A stretch of DNA of 62,653 bases, filler included, from Choristocarpus tenellus KU-1152 (lineage: Eukaryota > Protista > Phaeophyceae), in assembly GCA_964200185.2 (NCBI GenBank). It is 11 parts of 11 records of this genome, joined end to end, with 100 filler letters (N's around TTAATTAATTAA, not from the genome) between each part and the next. Parts side by side here need not be neighbours in the genome. Positions count along the whole stretch, not along the records: positions 8,392 to 16,950 come from CAXNAD020004586.1; positions 17,051 to 20,274 come from CAXNAD020021427.1; positions 20,375 to 24,901 come from CAXNAD020014141.1; 8 more parts are not named here. One strand, 5' to 3'. The notes below the pieces were generated by a model. It had not been told where the DNA came from, made no database searches, and saw nothing but the letters and a program-made list of their open reading frames with translations. Below are positions 10,486 through 22,062 of the stretch, piece by piece. The position numbers were made by a program, and so were the translations under genes. Every line of letters begins with the position of its first letter. Position 1 is the first letter of the stretch.

Positions 10486-13400
10486 ATGAGAGCCAACAAT
10501 GTCTCGGTTATGGCACTACTCGTGTGCTCGTTGCAGGTTTGTCTGGCATACCGATTTCCTTTTGGAGCTCCAGTATCGAAAAGGTCGCGAAGTTCCATAG
10601 AATGGTCGCGTGCTCCATCCAAAGGTCACGATGTTCACAGCCAAAACCTCCTTCCTCAAATATGTGTAGAACGACTATCGCGTAGGGAAGTTTCGGCATA
10701 TTGCTGGCGAGGATGGAAATCGTACTTTGTTGAGGCTATTCATTATGGTCATGCTATACGGTCTACCAAAATGTGGGCCTCGTCTAGTATTAGCGAATTG
10801 GGCAGCTCCCTTGTAACATCTCCTCAGGACAGAATGGACGACCAGGTCTCAGCGTTGAACAAGATCGAGCCAGAACCTGAGGAAGGTGTTGTTTGTGACC
10901 CCAATACACCCGTAGGATCCAATTCCGTTGATGATGGTTTGGGTGTTCATCTTATTGGGACCTCAACTGACCCTGAGATAGACCAAACCTGTAACGAGGA
11001 CAACGAGATGGACGTGCCCACATGGGTGATACCCACAGACGGCGCGCCCATTCGACACCGGGCGGACAAGGAAGGAAACGTGTGGTGGATAAAAGTGTTG
11101 AAGAGTGGTGAAGTTTCGAGAAAAAAGCTTATGCCATGCAAGAAGTTGAGCGCCAATGGCGAAACATGGTACAAAATTTTGTGTGGAGACAAGAAAGTGC
11201 AGGTGGTCGGCGCCCAGATCATCTTAGGCTCTTTCATTGGTGTATACCCAGGAGACGACAAGGTGATAGTTCGACACTTGCTAGATGGCTTGCATTCTTA
11301 GGATCATCAGAAGAATCAGTTCCTGTGCCCTGTTCACCAACTCAACCCTGATTACATTCGCCTTGGCAGGACCTTTGGCGCATCGAGTACATTAACGGGG
11401 ATAAGAAAGACAATCGACTTTGCAATCTCCGTTATGTCACTGTTGAGGACATGACGAACCAGACTTGGAAGGAACACCCTGAACTCCCGGAAATTGAGGT
11501 TTGCGCCTGTTTTCAAAATGGCTTCAATCAGAAGTGGTCACCAGCTGCTAGTGCTGCAATAGTCTTTCTTGGAGTGTAACGCAGTGCTGTGTAGAAGACT
11601 ATTGTTGTTGATTTCTCCAAACGTCTTGGCCCTCTAACTGCTGTAACTAGATAAAGTGGACGACCTTGCACTAGTTTGCCGGCTTACTGCAGTTCTCACC
11701 GGTGTAGACTTTTTCCCTTCCATCCAGGTGTCGAGAGAGGGTGCCGTACGCTTCTCTAATCCTTTGAGGCAAGACAGACCTGAGCTCTGGGATTGGGGTG
11801 TAGTTGGTCAGAATTGCAAATTCATTACATGGAGGGAAGAATCCACCGGGTTGAGGAGAAGATTGGCCGTACACCATCTTGTGTACAGGACTTGGGGTTC
11901 TGGTGCAGAGCACAAACAGAGCCAAAATACTTTTGTTCGTCACATCGACAACAACTGGTTGAACAACCACATAGACAACCTGGACGCCGTGGAGGTATAT
12001 AAGTGATAGCATACATAGTAGTTGTTGTCGATTACTGTGTGAACTTGCTGATAAGGCATACTTCGAGTTTGCTTCTTTTTTGGAGTGCATCTGCATTGGA
12101 GTTTGTGGACTTCTTTCACCATTGTGATGTGTGTTTCTTTTTACCAACATTTTCTTCCCCATTGGCCGCGTTTGTTTATCTCCTCACTTCTCAATTGTTC
12201 AACAGGTGCAAGAGGCTTGGGACCTCAGTGAAGAGGAGATTTTAAGCTTGGAGACTATGTCCGGAGCACCAGGGGTGTGTTGGAGTAAGGAACTCAAGAA
12301 GTGGATGGCATTTGTGCATATTGGTGGGAAACGGGAGTACCTGGACTCATTTACCAACTTTGAGAAAGCTGAGACTACTGCAAAGCTGGCTCAAGGTCTT
12401 GCAGACAATAGGCATGCCGGTATGATATCTGAACTTAGTATTTGCTCCTACCAAGGGCTACCTCTATAACATTGAGATCTCCCATATTTGAATTTGTTTT
12501 CTCGACTGAAGGCTTGAAGTGCTTTTGAATAACTCAGCGGGGTTTTGGCAAAGAGCTTGTAGTCTGCAGTCATCAATGCCTGGCGAAAACACTTCACTAT
12601 TTTTCTAATTCGTTCGGGTTATCCTAGATATGCCAGCCTGGTGGATTCATATCCGTGGAACACCCTGAGTCAAGTGTTGTGCCTAATGACAGGCAACTGA
12701 CCCATCATATGATCTAACTACTTGTATGGATCACATTACACCATCTTCTGCATGTTTATACCACCTGCTCATTCTATCCCCAGCTATGGTGTTCATGATT
12801 GCATCGGCACCATACTAGAAAGCATACCGCTGTTTTCTGTGACATTGTTGGCATTGATACATGGGCAAATGTGATTGGCAGAGGGATGGTGAGAAGCACT
12901 TGGTTGGAAAAGGAATCAAGGATAGAAGGAAACACCCTTTTTCTCAAATTATCTGTACCATACAATGTTACTGTAACACTTTCGTGATGAAATATTTGTA
13001 ATGTTTGCTGCGGAAATGGCCTCGACCCTTCCACACTCAAGAAACGTACTTTATTTCCAGACTTTCTTCAACTCACCTTCTTCCCTGTTTGGCTGACCGT
13101 TGTGTGAACATTGTCACAACTTCCTCCTTATTGTTATTAGTCGTTGAAGAAAGGAGCCATGAACTAGGGTCGAAGCCTGACTCCCCCCAAGATCAAGAGC
13201 CTAAGGTGGGTGCTTGAGGTGACATTTGTTGGAGTTGTAGTAATATTTTCAATATTGCTTGGATAGATAAGGTCCGTAAGGACAAATGAGAATTAGGTGC
13301 CACGCGTCTACCTGAAGTATGTACAGGATCGTAGGTTGTTCATCCAACCAATAAGCCAGCTCTCAGTATGTTGTCCTCGACCTATGTGGCAAAGTACAAC

Positions 13401-13883
13401 CTTGTGCACTCTGCAATTCCTTGAGCACAATGTACTCCAGAGTATGTATGTATAGACAAATTTGTTGTATCCCATGGAACACAACAGCACCAGTATCTCT
13501 ATTTAAAGGTGCAGGCTGCGTGGGGTGCACAATCAGCTAGAACAGTTGTAATTGCTTTGGCTGTTACAATCCAGTGGTTGTTGTGTTCTACCGGAACTAT
13601 TGAAATTGATTCCTCATTTTATATACCAATAAAATATGGCGCCTCGCTTGGACTAACCCTTAGTGTTCTTCTGTTTCCTTGTTGCTCGGTCACTTAGAAT
13701 TCCAAGTCCAGCAGTGGCTTGGCATCTGGAGTGAAAGGGGTGTATTGGCATAAGTCTGACAAGAAGTGGGTAGCTCGATTGACCTTGAACAGGAAGCGGA
13801 CAGTGGTGGGCAGCTTTGACGTGCTTGAAGACGCTACAGAGGCTATGACATTAGCGAAAAGAGTCTCTGAGTTTGAGGGCTAG
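10486..13883 (+). CDS. Homing-endonuclease-derived (NUMOD4-HNH)x2-(AP2)x2 protein, 545 aa, with predicted bipartite plastid presequence; exons 10486-11262, 11370-11498, 11728-11994, 12206-12419, 13141-13205, 13698-13883
   Basis: Five GT-AG introns with consistent phases (0,0,0,1,0) give a 1638-nt frame ending in TAG. HNH_3-like motifs: IEYINGDKKDNRLCNLRYVT and VHHLVYRTW...VRHIDNNWLNNHIDNLDAV. NUMOD4-like: WKEHPELPEIEVSREGAVR. AP2 motifs: SGAPGVCWSKELKKWMAFVHIGGKREYLDSF and SGVKGVYWHKSDKKWVARLTLNRKRTVVGSF. Confidence 0.88.
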
Positions 13884-14899
13884 GGGACATGCTAAGCAAA
13901 TCATTTTTTGTATTTGTATAGACCAATAGAAGTATCTTTCGGCAGATTTGGCCTCTGAGCTCCAATAGGGGTTGCTGCATCCAACCCAATTATTTCTTTT
14001 TCTCAAGTTAGGGAGGGAAATAATGGAGATCTCAGTTATTGTGTTGGCTTATGACCTGATGAGAGTCTTGTCTTGTCTTGTCGAAGCGTTATTAATTTAT
14101 ACTTCATCATTTGAAGTACTGGACTAGTATATTGTTTATAGTGACTCAATTGTGTCGCAGCTAAAAAAAATTGTCTCTTATATTGTGCTGGTACAAAAGT
14201 ATTGTCACCACAGGAAGGCAATCCAGGAGAGGATGAACAGTTGGAAAACAATGTTGTGGAAATGGATGTTGGTCAAGAAGAGAGTAATGTAGTCGTCATG
14301 ATCGTCAGCACTTCCCATGATGACACTCAAAGGGTTTTTTACCCTTTTCACGTACCACATAGATACACTTGTGGTCATTCGTACATCCCCATATTGATAG
14401 TTCCAGAGAGACATAGTGTCTCACCTCTTCGCTAATTTACAATACCAGTGTGCATATTCTTTAACCAACAAATGATTCCAGCAACAAGGTTCATTGACAA
14501 AGGATAGGAGGAGAGAGTGACAGGGATAGTAGGTGTTGTATGTGGGTGGTTCACAGGTGGAAGTTACACGGCGTTGCACTTCAAGTTAACAGCCAAAGAT
14601 CAGGAAACCCCACCTATAATAGCACTGAGGGGAGGGGGGAATCGTGTCACCCTTCCCTACCTTGTTGAAAAGTGTGTATCTCCTTTCGTTTATTGAAAAT
14701 AGGATGTCTCCCTTCTGTGTCTATGACCCCATGATTCAAGCGTCTGTCTGTCTCTTTGGAATGCCAGGACCACCTCTTTGTGGGCTGTGTAGATGCTCTA
14801 CAACATTCTGTTTCCCTACGCCACGTCTAAAGTCTATCTACCCTTCTCCTCCTCCCCTCCCCTTCCTCCCTGATACGGTCACAATCCTCTGGTTGGTGC

Positions 14900-16200
14900 G
14901 TTTCTTCTGTATGAAGGGGAACCTTGGTTTTTCATGCACTGGAACCTGTACTGAATACTTTGTAAAAAAGATGCTTAGGAGTACTAAGAGAGGTAGATGA
15001 AGTCTTTCCCTGACCCCATTCCAATCTGTGAATTCACCATCATCCATGTGGATGCATGTCTGCATTCCATCATAGAGTTGGCTAATGAGTGAGATCATCT
15101 TGCCAGGGACTCTAATCTCGGTAAGCTCAGCGCACACGAGATTGCGATCAAGTAGACATATGCTTTCTGTGGGTCAGTGAAACACATGAATGGAGGTACA
15201 TGCTCTTTCCTGTCAAATTCCTGGTGGGCACTTAGGGCATACATCATGCCCACAGTGAATGGTTGGGTCCGGAAAGCAAAATTTTCCTCATGGTCTATGG
15301 TTTCCATTCCAGGAAATCTCCCAGTCGTCAAGTAACATACTTGCGAAACACTTTGCCAGTTTGTGTCACCAACGAGATGCCCCTGTAGAGACCACGACTT
15401 GTCCAATCGTTCTTCTTGTGGAGAAACTCTATAACTGCATCCTTCCAAAGATGTGAGCATCTTCCTGATCCCACACAGCCAACAAAATTTTGTGGAAACT
15501 CTAGAGGGTTGTCTCGTCCTCATTGAGGCCAATTTTCAGAATTTCAGGTCTGGCCCCATCATCTTCATGTTTGCCATTGCGGGGATTGCCTCAACCACAT
15601 CCACCAGTGTTGGTGCTTCAGTGAATACCATGCAATTGTATCGTTCGTTGAGGGACTCAGCGCTATTGAGGTTGACGTTGAACGTCTTGTCATTAGAAGT
15701 GCTTCGAATGGTTGCCCCCTCCGCTCCATGATGTGTCCTAGATCTCTCAATAGCCTGCCCGATTTGTTGTGGGCGTGTTGGGAGGCACCCTTTCTGGTCC
15801 TCTCTACAATGAACCCTTTCAGGTGTTTGTAGAAACTAGCTTGGTTCCACTTGATATAGAAGCTTTTCAGTTGAATTTTTTTCTCTCTTTGGACAATGTT
15901 GATTTGTTTCTTTCATGTAGTAGGGAGCAAACCAATATACTGCGATGATATTGACGTTTTGGTTGTTACCTGCACTTTAGTCTCGGAACTATCCTCACTT
16001 GTGGTCAGAGGCACAACACACTACCACTAATGTAACTAACTGTTGCACTGGGAAATTCCTATAAATAATTGCCTCCGTTTTGCCTTGCCTCTCGCACATT
16101 GGATTCAGCCATCCTACCAGTTGTTGCTCCACCTCTTTTCTCAAATCTTGTGCTGGACTCACCTCGGGGCTGATAGGCAATGAAGCCTTGGTTTCCACCT
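14900..16200 (-). mobile_element. Decayed non-LTR retrotransposon (RTE-like LINE) ORF2 remnant: end of APE endonuclease plus RT
   Basis: Fragmented frames show the APE-terminal SDH motif (VVVCCASDHK), RT motif PPFMCFTDPQKAY (cf. CFIDLxKAYD) and VPGKMISLISQLYDGMQTCIHMDDGEFTDW...LLSIFF. Many stops and frameshifts; boundaries approximate. Confidence 0.8.
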
Positions 16201-16868
16201 TGTTCTTGGTCTGGCATTTTGCGGTATAGCGGCAGGAAGGGTAGTACAGGTGTAAAATCCGTAGCGCTCGCCACGTGGACTCTCGATAATCGAAGGCAGA
16301 TCTTCATGGAGAGAAATCTGATGTTGATGGGGTTTGAACCCACGAAAGTCGTGTAGGAAACAGTCTCCATTTAAACCATCAAGAAACGAACACAAGTACA
16401 AGACGGGCACAGATCTAGAACGTAATCAGGACGAAGGTACCCCATCTCCTACCAATTACCCAAGTGTGTATGTGACATTCTCCCCTCAGGTACACTGAAA
16501 CACGAGGCAAATTGGTACAGAGACAGAGCGAAAGGGGGAAGCTACGATAATACACTGGTATATAGGTTGAATAGGAGGAGCACACTATGACAATATAGTT
16601 GAACATATCCACCACTTCGCATTTAGCTATAGCTATTAACATCTTGAATCGTGCAGAGAACCCTTTTTGGAGTTAGGATAGAGGGCCGTTTCCATTTGCT
16701 AGGCATGCTTTCTTGTTGCGCGAATATGGAAATCCCCACCAAAAAATTGTATGTTGATTTCCTTTGGACACCTTTTGAACATAAGGGTCGGCACTCCTAA
16801 GACCATTGTGATAAAAAAATATTAGTTGTTATCACTAGATGCTAAGCGGTAGATAATTCCAACTATCA

Positions 16869-16911
<43 letters not shown>

Positions 16912-18915
16912 CCCCCCCCCCCCTTTCTTTCTTTTTTTTCGGGTTTTTGGNNNNNNNNNNNNNNNNNNNNNNNNNNNNNNNNNNNNNNNNNNNNTTAATT
17001 AATTAANNNNNNNNNNNNNNNNNNNNNNNNNNNNNNNNNNNNNNNNNNNNCCAAGATACTTTGACCCTGAGTTGGTAACAACGTAGTATGTATTATCCCA
17101 GAAAGGAGAGTATGTATACCTTTGAGGAAAACACACTGAATTGTGCTTGAGTTTTGCTGAACACTATATAGAACTCTGTTAGGCAACAGAGAAGAATCCG
17201 AACACTCTCCACCTCATATTCTGGGCAGGCAATCACAATACTAGCAGGGGAATGGAGAGAGGAGAGCAAGGAAGCTACGATAACCCCAGCCAGGTTACGA
17301 AGAAACCACATTATCCCCTCAATAAGGTAGGTACTGTGCTGGTTTCTGTCGAGCACGTCTGATCAAGTACATTACCATGTTGTTGTGATAGTATTTTGAT
17401 ACACATGCATGATAACTCCTAGTTTAAGCGGGACAAATGACCTCTCTTGACAAAAGATACGAAGGTATGGGCCTTCAGACGAAGATAACTCTTAGAAAAG
17501 CTATTTGGTCTGATCATCCCCAGCACATTATTTCATCCACACATTAAAAATTGTGGTGAAAGAGTCCCACCAAGGCGGCATGGACTTACGAAAACTAATA
17601 GCAAAACAGTTTGGAATAGGGTGGGCAGCAGTGCGTTGGTGGGGATGCTTGAGTCTGTGAGATCAAAGGTGTGAATACCATACACCTTGACAATGCATCA
17701 ACTGTCACAGCATCCTACTATCCTTCCGACGATCGACTTTTCTCTTGGCGGGCAAGCAGCAATTTCTCCTCTACTTGATGGATCCACAGACTAGATTCCC
17801 TTTATATACCAAGTTCTGGTTTCCAGTTCCTGGACCCTTCAATTAATATGTTTCCAACAATTGTCATACACCTAGCAACTCATCATGTAAACATCTCTTC
17901 TAATATTTCTTGTACTGCTCAAGCATACTTCAAGTGTTACGTTATCACTGGGAGTACCTACTACTTTGGATAAATAACGTGTATTTAACTTCAATCCACA
18001 TGATAATTCGCACTGTTGGAGAAGTCACTAAACTGCCTGTTTTACTCTGAAATATTTTGTGTCAATGCTACTGTGGTTCACTCATCGTACGTGCGCGCGA
18101 GCACACACACACACACACACGCAAACACACAAATCGCATGCACTTCTTTGGTGTAATGAGCAAAGTGTCACAGCGCACGGAACTTTGGCTCGTACCACCT
18201 GCGCTAAGATGTAAAGTACGTGACCAAAGAACTTGCTTGAAAACGTGTTGCCCAACCAACAACTAGCTTGGGGGGTATCCAGTCGAAAACTGTATAACCC
18301 TACGCTTATCAGAACAGTAATATTGCTTCGACAGGATCAACAGTTGCACGTATCTTGATCTGTCGCATCACCTTCCTCCTCTACCCTTCAGGTTTCAGCT
18401 ATATCAACTTGGTCAATTGTGCAAGCAGCCAACAATAGTGACATCGTTTGAGAATGGGCTAAGTAGCCAAGAAGGTATCTCCTGCGCACAAAATCTACAC
18501 GGTGCAAGGCGTACAACCCATACCTACTAGACTTGACTTTGGAGGATTCTTCTTTGCAACGCCCAGACGAGGAAAACGTTGAGAGGAGAGGAGATTTGGA
18601 GTAGACTCTTACGGGGAGGGGAGCTCATCTTTACGACAATCAGCTGGCCCAGCCTCAATTTGCCGATACAGGGGTGTGGTGGACATACTGGCTCAGACAT
18701 TTGTTGCGCCGAATCTGTAGCTACTCCAACCCATCCATGAAGTTGTTGATGGGGAAGACCGTGGAGAAATCTATTCCGAGAAATTGATCTCATCCGTCAG
18801 AAGCTCCATGCCCCTACAATTGCTACCCAGGTCCTCTGTTGAAGTCCATAAATTCGTAGACGAGCCAACTTGTTTAGTGCAGGGCAAGAAATTGCCCCTG
18901 CCATACTAAATCTTT

Positions 18916-19003
18916 GACTCAAAGCATTTAAGAGGGTAGAAGTTTTGCCCTGTTTGTCCGTTTGGGGCTTGGCTTCCCACGGGTTATTTATACCCTTTGA
19001 CCC
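18916..19003. mobile_element. Internally deleted MITE family A derivative
   Basis: GACTCAAAGCATTTAAGAGGGTAG terminus, TTTGGGGCTTGGCTTCCC core and a CTTTGACCC end. Confidence 0.55.
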
Positions 19004-19906
19004 ATAGTATCATAGAAGGGGGGTTAAGCATCCATTAGGGGCCTGTGTGGTAGATATTTTCATGTCATACGAGTTGAACGCGTCAGATGTAAAGGCAATC
19101 TCCTTCGTTTGAACACACCTTCCTTTTCAATACCCCTCCCTGAACCAAATTCGAAGGAAAATCACCCTTACAATGGGCACCAAACTGGGGTATTTTACAA
19201 CAACCCATCACGTTCCGAATGGACACACTGGGCAAAACATTCCCCCCTCTTGGATACTACGGCCCTTTCTCGTTTTTCTGTGCCAACACAGTTACCTAAA
19301 ATGTGTATGACTATGAAAGGTATGTCAGGAGCAAGGATATTGATACTGCTAATAAACACGATAGCCCAAATTGATCAAAAGCGCTACATTGGATTTATGA
19401 CCCCAAATGGACGTGGCCCAACCCTCTTGGATGATTTGTACACGAGAGATGTACTAATTAGTACACACAACTTGCATGCGGACTGTTTTCCACTTAATGA
19501 CATTCTGGATTCCTGCACTGAGTAGTGATTCGAGTTTTGTAGTGTTGGGGTTATGGAATTTTGCTCACTAACAAGGACAACGCGAACTCCTTTGATTCAT
19601 AAGTTTCTCCAATGCTAAGCTGACGTGCTAGATCAGAAGAGGTGATTATTCCTTGTCAGGATATAGATGCTTTAGTTGGCAAGTGCCTCCATACTGCTTC
19701 TATAGCAAAAGAAAACATGCGATTTGCAATTTTTTACTTTAGTGTATGCCATTAATGACTACACACTAAGGTTTCAAACACATTTTGTATATTTTGTGCA
19801 GGGTAAGCAGCTGTGAATGATCCACACTTCTAATCGTAACCTCTTGGGAAGGTTGATTTTGTTCCGTCTAGGTTGTGAAGTCTTTTTGAACTTTGTGTGT
19901 AACTTT

Positions 19907-20017
19907 GGATCAAAGTATCTGGAGGAAGATGGCGGCTGTCCATTCGGGGCCCATTTTTTCATGATGCGATTTTGGGTGATCTGATTGCATGCGTTGGATG
20001 GATAATGTAAGTACAAA
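19907..20017. mobile_element. Partial MITE family B copy
   Basis: GGATCAAAGTATCTGG terminus followed by the family B interior (GCGATTTTGGGTGAT..TTGCATGCG..GGAT). Confidence 0.65.
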
Positions 20018-20508
20018 TTGTTCGTACATGGTGCTGCTTATACACTATAGACACCATCGGTGGAGTAGATTAGGAAAGATAAACACCACCAGTGGGATAA
20101 TGGAATAATGGAGTAATGAGGGAAAAGTAGTGACAGATAAATGCTTCAGTGTATCTTAGTTGAAGTCTGCACTAACGATATATGGTGCAGTGACTGTATT
20201 ATTTTCTGATTACCCATGTGGATGTTGTTCGATTAGACTCTTCCAACTCTATCGGACAGTTACGGTAAAATATGNNNNNNNNNNNNNNNNNNNNNNNNNN
20301 NNNNNNNNNNNNNNNNNNTTAATTAATTAANNNNNNNNNNNNNNNNNNNNNNNNNNNNNNNNNNNNNNNNNNNNCCCCCCCTCCCCTCCCCCCCCCATCC
20401 CCCCTAGTTCAACAATCAAATACATACCAATGATGCGTCCTCTGTGCCCACTCGAGCCTCTCCATACCCCTCTTTTTGTTCCACCCAGCTGCATGGATGA
20501 AGTCTCTC

Positions 20509-22062
20509 TTACAGCGCTGTAATGCCTGGGTGAGCCACATGTGAAGCAAGCTGCCCTGCATGCAGCACAAAGTTATTCTGTCTGGGCTCTGGCTCAGGTG
20601 CCCACCCTTGTGTCTGTCTTCCTCCTTGACTCTTGGCCCTCACGTATTCAATATCTGTGAGGCAACTGTACAGTGTGTCAAACACATACCCTGTCACGGC
20701 CTCAAACATTGGTCCTGATGGATCATCGCATACTGTGGCTGCCCAGCCAGTCATCGATTCGCTGTGTGTGGCACAGCAGGCCCAACATAGGGCAGCAGCA
20801 GCAGTTGCGGACGGTGTGTGTGACAGGGATGAGGCGTCGCGCAAGACGCGCTTGAGGATCTGGGTGGCAGCATTCTCTACCTGTAGCGCCATGGTTCCCC
20901 GCAGGAACCCCAATGCTGAAGCCCGCCTTAGATATACCCCCAAGAATGAGAGGGAAGTGGGGACTGTAAGACGGAAGCCAAGAGTCATCGCCACCCGTAG
21001 TTCCATCTCCTCCAGCTCACGTTGGATAGAGTCCACCACAGCAGTTTTAGGCCCCCCGCCACCTATGACTGCTACAAGGCCCCGAAGGGTTGCTGGCTCA
21101 GTGTCTTCATACTTGGAGGCTAGCGAGAGAGAAGCCGTAGCCGCCATGCAGACAGCAGTCTGTCCTGCCCACGCCACACGATTCCCATCAGCAGTAGACA
21201 GAAAGCGGTCTAGTAAGTTCACTGCAAGGAAGAGAGTCTCAGCGGATAGTGGAGTATTGATGCCAGAGGCGGCAGGGGCGGCGGCGTGGACTCCTGTCAT
21301 CCAATCCACCAGTGACTCCCGCGCATCTGGCGTGATAGGGCCAGCATTTCCAGGACCAGCGAGGTACCTGGGTCCAACAAACACATCAAGCTCTTGCTTG
21401 CGCATGAACACGTGCATCTCGTCATCATAGTCTGAAGAGGGAGTATATGTTGGAGTTTTTTCTCGAGATAAGTTCTCAATAGTGCTGGTTGGTGGAACGG
21501 CTACAGGGTCCACCACCAGTTCAGCCGAATGGAGGTGGGGCAATATATTGACCTCACCACCAACAACGGCACCACCGAAACCACTTCCATAGTCACCAAC
21601 AAAGTCGAGCCCAAGCGCCCCCTCAATCGAAACGTAGGGCGGCGTTAAGGGCACGTTCACAACATGGTCCTGAGTCTGGCAGGTTTTCCCCCCATCCCCA
21701 CAGTAACTGGGTGTGACTAACGCTGTTCCCATCTCGCTATCCCACACGTTTACATGGGAAAGAGCACGCCAGACCTCAGCGTCAGCAGGAGCAGTTGCCT
21801 GCATATAAAGCTTTCCCACGTGATCCGTAGTTGGAGGTGGCTGCCATAAAAGTCCTTTGTCGTGGGATGGGGGTGGGTCATCATCCACCAGGCGGTGCAC
21901 GAAGCCCTCCACGTCGAAGGACATGACATCGTGCGTGCTCTGCACTTCGATTGGCTGAGGTAGGGGGTTCTCAAAGCTGCCCCCCACCTCAGAAACACCG
22001 CATTCTCGAATGCCCCATGGCACCACAGTAGGACAGGAATAGTTTGTCCCGACAGCCACCAT
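20509..22062 (-). CDS. Cyclin (A/B-like cyclin box), single-exon ORF, 517 aa
   Basis: Cyclin_N motifs ITPDARESLVDWM, LSAETLFLAVNLLDRFLS, SLSLASKYED and EEMELRVAMTLGFRLTVPTSLSFL, followed by Cyclin_C-like helices (HTPSATAAAAL). Confidence 0.9.
   Translation of the reverse strand: MVAVGTNYSCPTVVPWGIRECGVSEVGGSFENPLPQPIEVQSTHDVMSFDVEGFVHRLVDDDPPPSHDKGLLWQPPPTTDHVGKLYMQATAPADAEVWRALSHVNVWDSEMGTALVTPSYCGDGGKTCQTQDHVVNVPLTPPYVSIEGALGLDFVGDYGSGFGGAVVGGEVNILPHLHSAELVVDPVAVPPTSTIENLSREKTPTYTPSSDYDDEMHVFMRKQELDVFVGPRYLAGPGNAGPITPDARESLVDWMTGVHAAAPAASGINTPLSAETLFLAVNLLDRFLSTADGNRVAWAGQTAVCMAATASLSLASKYEDTEPATLRGLVAVIGGGGPKTAVVDSIQRELEEMELRVAMTLGFRLTVPTSLSFLGVYLRRASALGFLRGTMALQVENAATQILKRVLRDASSLSHTPSATAAAALCWACCATHSESMTGWAATVCDDPSGPMFEAVTGYVFDTLYSCLTDIEYVRAKSQGGRQTQGWAPEPEPRQNNFVLHAGQLASHVAHPGITAL

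Noticed and set aside
20633-21430. 265-aa plus-strand ORF
   Set aside because: Antisense shadow of the GC-rich cyclin CDS; no motif.
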